A stretch of DNA of 29,321 bases from Phycisphaerales bacterium. GTDB taxonomy: Bacteria; Planctomycetota; Phycisphaerae; UBA1845. The stretch is taken from positions 1 to 29,321 of the forward strand of contig JAUWNF010000001.1 in assembly GCA_030612785.1 (NCBI GenBank), in the 5' to 3' direction. The first letter of the stretch is position 1. Each line of letters begins with the position of its first letter. This document shows, piece after piece, positions 10,628 to 18,447 of this stretch. The notes beneath the pieces are model-generated. The model was not told the origin of the DNA. It did no database searches and saw nothing but the letters and a program-made list of their open reading frames with translations. Position numbers and translations under genes: made by a program.

Positions 10628-10800
10628 CTACCGTTTCGTCGCGTGGACGTGGACGGCTGAACCAGCCGCTACCTCACTGGCTTCCATGATGGCTTCGGAC
10701 AGCGTGGGGTGCGGGTGGATGGTGACCATGAGGTCCTCCAACGTGGCCCCCATCTCCAGAGCGAGCGTGCCCTCCGCAATGAGTTCCGAAGCGTGGGGGC
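10628..10800 (-). pseudogene. lpdA: 3' fragment of dihydrolipoamide dehydrogenase (E3)
   Basis: GPHASELIAEGTLALEMGATLEDLMVTIHPHPTLSEAIMEA, the E3 C-terminus with the HPTxSE motif. The FAD and NAD domains are absent. Confidence 0.85.
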
Positions 10801-10915
10801 CTGCGGGTCCCGTCGGCGGCACGAGGCGAATGTCCACCTTCAGCTCACGGGCCAGACGTCTCGTGGCAGGTACGGCTACGACGCGCCCCCATGAGGCAGG
10901 GGGGGCAGCCGAACG
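10795..10915 (-). pseudogene. Fragment of dihydrolipoamide acyltransferase (E2): peripheral subunit-binding domain and linker, fused in frame to the E3 fragment
   Basis: VVAVPATRRLARELKVDIRLVPPTGPAG fits the PSBD pattern A.PA.RRLARE.GVDL..V..TGP.G. Confidence 0.75.
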
Positions 10916-10980
10916 GGACGGAGACTCCATGATCCCTGAGCCGATGACCAGGCCGCGAGCCCGGTAGTTGACATAGTCCG
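10915..10980 (-). mobile_element. Short transposase remnant (ISKra4/ISLre2-like catalytic Glu motif)
   Basis: DYVNYRARGLVIGSGIMES resembles the Y..YR..G..IGSG..ES motif. It covers only about 20 codons. Confidence 0.6.
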
Positions 10981-11135
10981 TTATCGTAAAGGAGAATCTC
11001 CCCGAACTTACCGCGGACGCCGCCGACACACTGGCCATTATGTAGAGGGTGACTGGCTGCGACACCGAGCACAACGACTGGTTCTGGGCCAAGATCGCAC
11101 CCGGCGGCGAGATTCAAGCGGAGGGCAAAATCGGC
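10977..11135 (+). pseudogene. Internal fragment of a cytochrome P460-family protein with a premature stop
   Basis: Manual translation: [51 protein letters not shown]. This fits the family pattern IVKEN...MYK...DWFWAK...G, with TAG where Tyr is expected. There is no CxxCH. Confidence 0.6.
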
Positions 11136-11912
11136 TTTTTTATACCCATCTTCTTGATGCGCGAGGCCACGGTGGTCGGTCTGAGTCCCAGGAGTTCAGC
11201 CGCTCCGCCCGGGCCGTAGATCTTCCAAACGCTCTTGTGCAGCGCGGCCAGCAGGTTATCGCGTTCGCGTCGCCTCATCTCCGCGTCGGACACGACCTCT
11301 TTGTTCGCGTCGTCCCCGGCCTCAGGACTGACTGAAGGTGTCGTTGTCTCCTGCTGCTTCTTACTGAGCAGGTCGAAGTGAAGAGCGCCGGACCGCGCGG
11401 TGATAAGCGCACGCTCGATGACGTTCTGTAGCTCGCGTACATTGCCGGGCCAGTCGTAGCGCTGGAGTTGCGGGATGTTCGCCTGAGTTAGCCGGGGCAG
11501 TGCGCAGTGCAGCCTTCGCACCGCTACTTCCGAGAAATGGGCGGCCAAGAGAGGGATGTCCTCCTTGCGACGCCGCAAGGGAGCCACTTCGAGAGGGAAC
11601 ACGTTGAGACGATAGTAGAGATCCTGCCGGAACCGCCCGGCCTCCATCGCCTGTTTCAAGGCCCGATTGCTGGCGGCGATGATCCGTACATCCGTTTGCC
11701 GTGTCTTCTCGTCGCCGATGCGCTCGTACTGCCCTTCCTGCAGAACGCGTAGGAGTTTGCTCCGCAACTCCAGGGGGATTTCGCCGACCTCGTCGAGGAA
11801 CAGGGTTCCACCGTCGGCCAACTCGAAACGCCCCGCCCGAGCCTTGACGGCGCCGGTGAATGCTCCCTTGACGTGTCCGAAGAACTCGCTTTCGTACAGC
11901 TCCCGGGGGACC
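11114..11912 (-). pseudogene. 5'-truncated sigma-54 activator (FhlA/HyfR-like AAA+ half plus Fis HTH)
   Basis: Begins at [21 protein letters not shown] and contains Walker [19 protein letters not shown] and the [14 protein letters not shown]. Walker A and the sensory domains are absent. Confidence 0.85.
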
Positions 11913-11997
11913 GGATGACGAACAGGCATCCAAGCTGGAACAGGTTGATCGGCTTCTCGCCATTGTTGGAAGCCGCGTGTGCCTGCGGAGCAGGCGG

Positions 11998-12124
11998 AGG
12001 GTTCTGGGTTCGGGACGTAGCGTCCGGTCTCCGTGCCGGACGTGGGGTTCGGGGTTCAGGGTGGGGCAGGCGTTTCGCCCGCCGGTGTGGCGGTGCGACG
12101 CCTGACCGGAGCGCAGCCGAAGGG
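11998..12124. repeat. Cluster of degenerate short repeats and palindromes
   Basis: Two GGGTTC(T/G)GGG(G)TTC(G/A)GGG runs. GTGGGGCAGGCGTTTCGCCCGCC (12061-12083) shares GGCGTTTCGCCCGCC with the reverse complement of 15096-15118. CCTGACCGGAGCGCAGCCGAAGGG lies at 12101-12124. Confidence 0.55.
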
Positions 12125-12184
12125 TCAGCAGTGCTCTGGTCGGAACCGTCACCTCGCGAACGCACTGCTCAAGAGCAGTGGCAC

Positions 12185-12335
12185 CCGGCCCGTTCCGCGT
12201 CGCACGCAAGGGTGGTGGCGTCTTCAGGATCAGGCTCCGGGCGAAGGCCACGCTGTAGTCCTTGTAGCCCTTCATCGCCGCGAGAATCTCGTTCCGCCGG
12301 GCCGACTTGACGTGGGCGAGCAGGAAAAGGTGCAT
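12185..12335 (-). pseudogene. Fragment resembling the C-terminal region of RepB/ParB-like proteins of integrative elements
   Basis: HLFLLAHVKSARRNEILAAMKGYKDYSVAFARSLILKTPP has natural codon usage inside an otherwise junk ORF. The family resemblance is recalled, not searched. Confidence 0.4.
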
Positions 12336-12348
12336 CACGGGACGGCGC

Positions 12349-12630
12349 CTACATGGCTTCGGTACCGCAATAGGCGCGAAGCGAAGCCCATCCGCGGCCC
12401 GAAGTCCGATCGTGCTTTCCCACCGGTTCGACCTGTCTGATCTCGCCAAACCCGGTCTTGAAATGTTGCCCACAGCAGTGGGCTCTGTAGCCCTCGACCG
12501 CCAGGGGCTCGCCACAATGTGGGCACTTGACAACAAGTCCATCTCGCCACGGGTGCTTCAATACGACCTCACCCAATAAGTTGTCGTAAAGACACCAGAT
12601 CGGATTCGTCCATATCTCGCGCGGGAACAT
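12349..12630 (-). CDS. Small hypothetical Cys-rich protein (CPHC...HCC), possibly a fragment
   Basis: 93-aa ORF with protein-like composition and no RBS identified. Confidence 0.35.
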   Translation of the reverse strand: MFPREIWTNPIWCLYDNLLGEVVLKHPWRDGLVVKCPHCGEPLAVEGYRAHCCGQHFKTGFGEIRQVEPVGKHDRTSGRGWASLRAYCGTEAM

Positions 12631-12881
12631 AGAACAAGCTCTCCTCCGCTCGATTCATCAGTGCGCGGCTCCACAACACTGCGTCAGCCGTTTCGCGTCG
12701 TCCCGGCTCAAATCGAGCCGCCCGGGATGATACGCCCGGGTCGCAAAGCAAACAGGGGACGTTTCCGGGGCCATGCCCCTATTCCAGAATCGAGCCCCTA
12801 GGTTCAAAGAACCTGGGCCACCCGGTCAGGACTCCGAACCAGCCAGGGCACCGTGGCGTGGTCGGCGTAGCGCCGGAATGC

Positions 12882-14582
12882 TCAGAGGCATTCGAGCACT
12901 GCTTCCGTAAAGCCCTGGGCGCGCGGTGTATCCCGATTGAAGGGAAGCCCCTTGGTCTCGATCGCCTTGTCAATGACCGCGAGCGTGTTTGTAAACGCGG
13001 CTGAGGCTTTGGGATGGTCAATGAGCGACTGGTCTAGCTTGTCGCAGTAAGCATCGAGCTTGCTTGAGTCTAGCGACGGTCGCTTGCTACCTCCGAGTTG
13101 GCATCGCAAGATCAGAAGCATCTGGTATCGGAATGGCCGGTATCTCCGCTCAATCACGTTATTCGCCAAGAGACTATCGAGCTTATAGTTGGCCAGGGCG
13201 CTGGTGTAATACGCAGCTGGGCGATGATTACTCCTAAACACGCGATCTCTAACACGCTCAAGCAGTTTCTTAGGATAGCGACCCGCAGAATGTGGCTCGT
13301 CGAGGAACATCGACACAAAGACCCTTAGTTGAGCAGAAATAGGTATCACGCGACTCTTCTCGACCGTGTCCATGTGCGCGTACTGCCGTGATCTGCGCTC
13401 GTAATACAGCCGTCCGGGACCCGATACGGCAGCATAGTAATCTTCGAGGGTGCGCTGGAATTCCGATAGTGATTCGATGTCTTCAGGACGAATGGATGTT
13501 TGTCGGTTCGTGGCCGTTATGATCGAGTTCGTGACATCTTCATTGTCTGTTACGATGAGCTTGACAACAATGTGGGCTTGCTCGTCCACTGCATCCCGAG
13601 CGTTGAACAAGACATGACTCGTTTGGCATCCATTGACGATCTGGTAGTCTTCTATTCGGAACTTCTTTCCGACCCTATTCAATGTTCTCGCTACTACGGT
13701 GATACCGTTGTTGAGGACAATGAAGCGGTCCTGATTCCCCTTGTGAATGGAGGTCGCTATTTCTCGGTTAACATCGTTATCGCCTTGGAAGTCTCGAATA
13801 TTGTCATGGAACAGCACTTTGCGAATATGACCGGCATCATCTTGCAGGAGCTTCAGATACTCCTTTACAGGAAGATAGCCCAGGTAGGCTTCCTTGAGGC
13901 CCTGGATCTCAGGTAGCACCATTGCGGGGTCGATGGTGATCTCCGTAGATACCGCTCTTTGCGTCGCCTTATGAAAGGACTGAAGTTCCTTGGCGTCGAC
14001 TGGAATACAGCGTACTTCGCCGAAGAGGTTCATCGCGCGAAGGTGGTCAAGCTCCTTGTCAATTCTACTTTGAACAGTAGCATCATCCTTCCATTCGCCG
14101 GCTGCGACGTAGTAGAGGAAGCAGTTTGGGTTGCGCTCAGTCATCTTGACGCTATTGCCAAACAGTTGCTGTTGGAGATTTGCGTACTCCTCTATGGCTT
14201 CGTTCCTTGGCATTTGAGGCGATTCTGAAAAGAAATCTGACACGCCCGTGATGAAGGTGGCAATGTGCGCCCCTTGAAACTTCTTGCCGGACTTCGCTTG
14301 ACAGAAGACAAAATCCACATCCAGCGACTTGTTCGCTTCGCACAGGTCATCGATTTCTTCCGAGCTGGTAACAAGGGTTCCGTTAACGATGATGGCGATC
14401 GCATCAATACCTAAATCACCTCCACCATCGGTGGCAAGGGTGTCCGCAGAGAACGTCTCTTCGTAGTGTCGGGATACGCAGCAGTATGAAGCAAACCGTT
14501 CAAAGACGGAAGCGTCGTCGAGGTCATCATACTCGTGCGTCTTCTTGAAGTGGTCAAGCAGTGCCTGTGTGATCCTATCCAT
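12882..14582 (-). CDS. AIPR-family protein (abortive infection / RM-associated phage resistance)
   Basis: N-terminal DGGGDLGIDAIAI...FCQAK nuclease-like motif. AIPR core LFHDNIRDFQG...FIVLNNGITVVA...YQIVNGCQTS...ITATNRQT. AGAAGG RBS, intact 566-aa ORF, visibly more AT-rich than the flanks. Confidence 0.9.
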   Translation of the reverse strand: MDRITQALLDHFKKTHEYDDLDDASVFERFASYCCVSRHYEETFSADTLATDGGGDLGIDAIAIIVNGTLVTSSEEIDDLCEANKSLDVDFVFCQAKSGKKFQGAHIATFITGVSDFFSESPQMPRNEAIEEYANLQQQLFGNSVKMTERNPNCFLYYVAAGEWKDDATVQSRIDKELDHLRAMNLFGEVRCIPVDAKELQSFHKATQRAVSTEITIDPAMVLPEIQGLKEAYLGYLPVKEYLKLLQDDAGHIRKVLFHDNIRDFQGDNDVNREIATSIHKGNQDRFIVLNNGITVVARTLNRVGKKFRIEDYQIVNGCQTSHVLFNARDAVDEQAHIVVKLIVTDNEDVTNSIITATNRQTSIRPEDIESLSEFQRTLEDYYAAVSGPGRLYYERRSRQYAHMDTVEKSRVIPISAQLRVFVSMFLDEPHSAGRYPKKLLERVRDRVFRSNHRPAAYYTSALANYKLDSLLANNVIERRYRPFRYQMLLILRCQLGGSKRPSLDSSKLDAYCDKLDQSLIDHPKASAAFTNTLAVIDKAIETKGLPFNRDTPRAQGFTEAVLECL

Positions 14583-14713
14583 GACACCTTCTCTCTGTAG
14601 GAGCGCTTACGGAGAAGCGCCGGGGTGGCCCGGAGAACCCCATCAGGATCCCGCGGGCAAGTCTTGGCTGGCCGTGCTGCGCTTCGCCCCAGTCGTCGCA
14701 CTCGCCGTCTCGT

Positions 14714-14838
14714 TGAGATACGGTCCGCCCCTCAGTGAGATAGGGTCCGCGTCTCGGTGAGATCGGGTCCGGACCTCGGTGAGGTCGGGACCGAGTAAGC
14801 ACGGTATCGGGACCGAGTATGCAGCCTACTCGGTCCCG
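14714..14838. repeat. Five tandem 22-bp units with drifting sequence, ending in a hairpin
   Basis: TGAGATACGGTCCGCCCCTCAG / TGAGATAGGGTCCGCGTCTCGG / TGAGATCGGGTCCGGACCTCGG / TGAGGTCGGGACCGAGTAAGCA / CGGTATCGGGACCGAGTATGCA, then inverted TACTCGGTCCCG (14827-14838). Confidence 0.8.
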
Positions 14839-14990
14839 CCACCTGTTGAGGACCACGCCGCCTCCCAGCTTGGGTGCGGGCGCCTGCGCCAAGTAAGGCG
14901 CGGGAGTCGATCTCAGCTTGGAAACGGTTTTTCCAGGGCTCATAACGCCACACAACTTACCCAAATTGCCCATTTTGTCGCTCGCCGATC

Positions 14991-15014
14991 AGAGCCGCGA
15001 CCGTGAGGGAGCGG
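14991..15014 (+). repeat. REP-like family C (AGAGCCGCGACCGTGAGGGAGCGG)
   Basis: Related sequences at 19061-19082 and 20854-20877. Confidence 0.65.
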
Positions 15015-15095
15015 ACAGCCCAGGACAAGATCGTCCTCGTATCCAATCGCTTACTGACGTGCGCGGCTCTGATTTCGTCGCCGTCGGCACGCGCT

Positions 15096-15118
15096 GGCGG
15101 GCGAAACGCCCACCCTAC
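15096..15118 (-). repeat. GTAG-type REP (GTAGGGTGGGCGTTTCGCCCGCC)
   Basis: GTAG tetranucleotide followed by a GC-rich hairpin, the classical REP layout. Confidence 0.7.
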
Positions 15119-15416
15119 CCGCACCATGGCCGCGTAGTCGTCGGGGTCGGAGGTGATGTTGTTCTCGAAGAGGGCGCAAGCGATGAGCATGAGATCACTC
15201 CGAGATTCAAAACGTTGTTGGCAGCATACCGCGCTCGCGAGGCGCGGCAAGGGGCCAATCCTCGGCGGGCGGCGATCGGGGCGACTGTTCATAGAAACGT
15301 TTCTGTTTCCCAATGTTTACCGGCGATTCAGACACTTGACGGCCATACACTCGATCCTGGCAGCTACCTGCGTCGTGGAGCCGTTCGAGAATCAAAACGG
15401 ATTCACCCTGCGCACT

Positions 15417-16667
15417 CTACATCTGGAACAGCCCTTCCACGGACACACAAGCAAAGCCGGCGTCCTCGATGACCAGGCCTTGCGCGGCGGGCGGGGCCAT
15501 CACCTCGCCCAGCCAGGCTAAGGCCTCGCGCGTATCGGCAAACGTGCGCAGCCCCGCAACCACGTCACCGAATCCAGCCAAATGCGGTGACACGAGCGCG
15601 ACATGAACCCCACGCTGCCGTGGATCGGTCAAGTGCCGCAGCTTGACGGCCTTGTGATCGCCTAACCGGTAGCCTCGATCTTGTACTATGCGCACCGCCG
15701 CCCTGTAATCTTCCGCCGCGCGCAGCAGATCGAGAAACGCGTTTGGCCCGACACCCTCGGGGCAGTCCGCTTCGAGAATGATGCCGCCACCGTCGCGCAC
15801 GGCCTGATGATTGTTCTTGAGTGCCTTATCCGCTTGGTAGAGATTACGCCCCAGCGGCATCGGCACCTTCAAATGAAGGACATCCACAGGTCGTGTGATC
15901 GTCCGTACATAGACCTCCCGCACAACCGGTAGCAGAGTGTGCAGCACGTCCACGGGATCGCCGGTCGCCAGCGCCAGGAGCCGATCGCCGCAGACTACCT
16001 CCGCGATCGAGCAGATTCGCTTGCCCGCGGACTTCATTCCGTCGACGATCTCGGCTACCCCCTCGTGTACTGGATTGCCCGCCAGGCGCAAAGGTCCGGA
16101 ATCAGGATGCATGGCTTGGGCGTGATTGCGCTCTATGTCATCACGTGACATACAGCCGATCGTCACGGTCTTATGCGGTCCGGTGAAACCAGCGAAGTAG
16201 TGAGGTTCCACGCTGCCGATCGGCAGGAGATACTTGCTTTGGGCCACGTGCCGGTTGAACCGCACGCCGGCCAACTCGACAAGCTCCGCGTCCTCTTGCG
16301 CGTCGTGCCAATAGACGGCATCAATTAGCAGTGCGCAACTCGAAAACGTGTTCCACTCGAACTCGTGTCGCTGAGCCTCGGAGAACTGATGCGTACCGGT
16401 GGCGACAAGCGCGCCGAACCTCGGTGCCGCCGACATGCGCATGACAAGCGAAGCCAACGCCCGCAGCGCGGGGACCGTCTGCGTCGAACGGTGCGAATCG
16501 TTGATCAGGATTAGTACCGTCTCACGCTCGATGGCAGCCGTTTGGAGGAACTCGCACAGCGGCCCACCCAAGGCGACACAATCCCGCCACATCTCCTTGG
16601 GCGACACAACTCCGGCCGGAGATGTCGGCGCAATTCGTTGCCAGGTCAAATCTGAGAGGTTTCCCAT
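15417..16667 (-). CDS. LarA-family (lactate racemase superfamily, nickel-pincer cofactor) protein
   Basis: INDSHR, ATGTH, EPHYFAGFTGPHK, ERNH and NLYQADK match the order of the conserved LarA Asp/Arg, His, His/Lys, His and Tyr-Gln-Lys motifs. DCPEGVG and LGDHKA are also present. Substrate unknown. Confidence 0.88.
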   Translation of the reverse strand: MGNLSDLTWQRIAPTSPAGVVSPKEMWRDCVALGGPLCEFLQTAAIERETVLILINDSHRSTQTVPALRALASLVMRMSAAPRFGALVATGTHQFSEAQRHEFEWNTFSSCALLIDAVYWHDAQEDAELVELAGVRFNRHVAQSKYLLPIGSVEPHYFAGFTGPHKTVTIGCMSRDDIERNHAQAMHPDSGPLRLAGNPVHEGVAEIVDGMKSAGKRICSIAEVVCGDRLLALATGDPVDVLHTLLPVVREVYVRTITRPVDVLHLKVPMPLGRNLYQADKALKNNHQAVRDGGGIILEADCPEGVGPNAFLDLLRAAEDYRAAVRIVQDRGYRLGDHKAVKLRHLTDPRQRGVHVALVSPHLAGFGDVVAGLRTFADTREALAWLGEVMAPPAAQGLVIEDAGFACVSVEGLFQM

Positions 16668-16792
16668 GGCGGATCAGTCTACCGTGCGCGAACCTCGATG
16701 CCCACAACCACCGTCCCCGCCAGCGGCACCTGATCGTGGCATGCTTCGTGAATGCCACGATTCGCGGGGGCCAAAGAGTACCTGTGCCCTCA

Positions 16793-16884
16793 CCGCTGGT
16801 GCGAGAATCCCTTCTCGCACCTACCTCCTACAGGAATCCCTTCCTGCGGGGTCCAGGACCGAGAAAGGATTCTCGGTCCAGCGA
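16793..16884 (+). repeat. 92-bp three-hairpin element (family A), copy 2
   Basis: Near-consensus copy between cbiO and the LarA gene. Confidence 0.95.
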
Positions 16885-16930
16885 CTTCGTGAGTACCGCG
16901 ATTCGCAAATGCCAAGGAGTAGCTGTACCC

Positions 16931-17689
16931 TCACTTACCCACCAGCGACGGCGGCACTTCCAGGCCGTGGGCTTCCATCCGCGCACGATCGGCCAACAGG
17001 ACGCGCGCGGGGCCGTCGGCCACTACCTGGCCATCGTCGATCACCGCCACCCGGTCGCAGGTTTCCAGGATGAACTCCAGGTCGTGCGCGGCGATCAGCT
17101 TGGTCTGTTCGAGCGAGCGGATGAGCTTGATGGTCTCGCGGCGCGCCCGGGGATCGAGGTCGTTGGTGGGTTCATCCAGAACGAGAATCTCCGGCTCCAT
17201 AGCCAACACACAGGCCAGCGCGACGCGGCGTTTCTCGCCGGCGCTTAGATGATGGCTGACGCGGTTGGCGTACTGTTCGGCGTCCACTCGCCACAAGGCC
17301 AAGGTGACCCGGCGCCGAACCTCGCTCTCATCGAGCCCGAGGTTGAGCGGGCCAAAGGCGACGTCGTCGTAGACGCTGGCGCTGAACAGTTGATCGTCGC
17401 TGTTTTGAAATACCAGGCCGGCCTTTCGCCGAACTTCGAGAAGGTCCCTTTTGTTGGCGCGATTCTGGCTGTTGATGAGGTCCAGGCCCGCCACACGCAA
17501 CGTCCCCTGTTGCGGGCGGCAGAGGCCGATCAGGCAGAGGAAGAACGTCGTCTTGCCCGCGCCGTTGGGTCCAACGAGACCGACGGCCTCACCGGGGGCG
17601 ATCGTCAGGGACAGGCCGCCCAGCGCCTCCCGCCCGTCGGGAAACGCGAACCGCACATCCTTGGCTTCAACCACCGGTGTCATATCCAC
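16931..17689 (-). CDS. cbiO: ECF transporter ATPase (CbiO/NikO)
   Basis: Walker A GPNGAGKTT, Q-loop LVFQNSDDQLF, signature HLSAGEKRR, Walker B LVLDEPT, H-loop AAHD. Confidence 0.93.
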   Translation of the reverse strand: MDMTPVVEAKDVRFAFPDGREALGGLSLTIAPGEAVGLVGPNGAGKTTFFLCLIGLCRPQQGTLRVAGLDLINSQNRANKRDLLEVRRKAGLVFQNSDDQLFSASVYDDVAFGPLNLGLDESEVRRRVTLALWRVDAEQYANRVSHHLSAGEKRRVALACVLAMEPEILVLDEPTNDLDPRARRETIKLIRSLEQTKLIAAHDLEFILETCDRVAVIDDGQVVADGPARVLLADRARMEAHGLEVPPSLVGK

Positions 17690-18438
17690 AACCGCGCCCC
17701 GACCAGTGCGCCCGCAAGCAGGATCGCCACCAGCATCTTGATCACATCTCCTGGGGCCACGGACCGCGTGGACAAATAGGGAATGCTCCCGTCGTAGCCG
17801 CGGGCCAGCATCGCATTGTACAGCCGATCCGCCCGATCGAGCGAGCGGACCAGCAGCGACCCGATTACCAGCCCGATCGTCGCCAGCGCCCGGCGGTTGA
17901 GCCTGAGCCGAAACCCGCGCGCAGCCAACGCGGCCTGCATCGACTCCATCTCACCGCCCAGGGCGAAGTTCATGCGATAGGAAAGCAGGATCACGCCGAC
18001 CAGCCGGGCCGGGCACCCGACACGCTTGAGCGAGCGGCACAGTTGAGCAAACGGAGTGGTCGCCACCAGCGACAGAGCCAGGAGGGTGATCCCCACAGCC
18101 TTGGCACCGACCATGCCGGCCAACGCCAGCCCGTGCGTCGACACACTTATCGGCCCCAGCGAAAGCCGGCGCCCGTCGTCCGCGGTCAGCGCCACCAAAA
18201 CGGCGAAGACCGCGATGAACACGATCAAGCCGCGCGTGCGCCTGACAACCAGACGAACCGGAAGGCGCGTAAACGCAACAGCCACCATGGACACAACCAA
18301 TGCCGCGCCCGCCAGAATCAAGTTCGTAACGCAGGCGGTGGCCACGATAAGCGAACCGATGCCGATCAGCTTAGTCGTTGAGTGCCACGCGCGCAGCGGC
18401 GAGTCCACGTCCAGGTGATGATCGATCAGCGACCACAT
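17680..18438 (-). CDS. cbiQ: ECF transporter T component (CbiQ/NikQ)
   Basis: Multiple TM segments with the ARG motifs (ALAARGF, RSLDRADRLYNAMLARGY). Overlaps the cbiO start. Confidence 0.92.
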   Translation of the reverse strand: MWSLIDHHLDVDSPLRAWHSTTKLIGIGSLIVATACVTNLILAGAALVVSMVAVAFTRLPVRLVVRRTRGLIVFIAVFAVLVALTADDGRRLSLGPISVSTHGLALAGMVGAKAVGITLLALSLVATTPFAQLCRSLKRVGCPARLVGVILLSYRMNFALGGEMESMQAALAARGFRLRLNRRALATIGLVIGSLLVRSLDRADRLYNAMLARGYDGSIPYLSTRSVAPGDVIKMLVAILLAGALVGARLWI

Positions 18439-18447
18439 TGCATAGAC

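Noticed and set aside
11361-12542. 393-aa ORF spanning the patchwork
   Set aside because: It reads through REP debris and an alternate frame of the sigma-54 remnant; only a short internal stretch looks coding.
14714-14838. CRISPR array or Tn7 end
   Set aside because: There are no spacers and no cas genes. No correctly placed TGT terminus or tns genes were found. It is kept only as an unexplained phased array.
12830-14950. AIPR as an integron cassette (GTTATGA at 14947-14941; GTTCGGA after the stop)
   Set aside because: No paired R''/L'' - L'/R' attC structure could be built, and there is no integrase.
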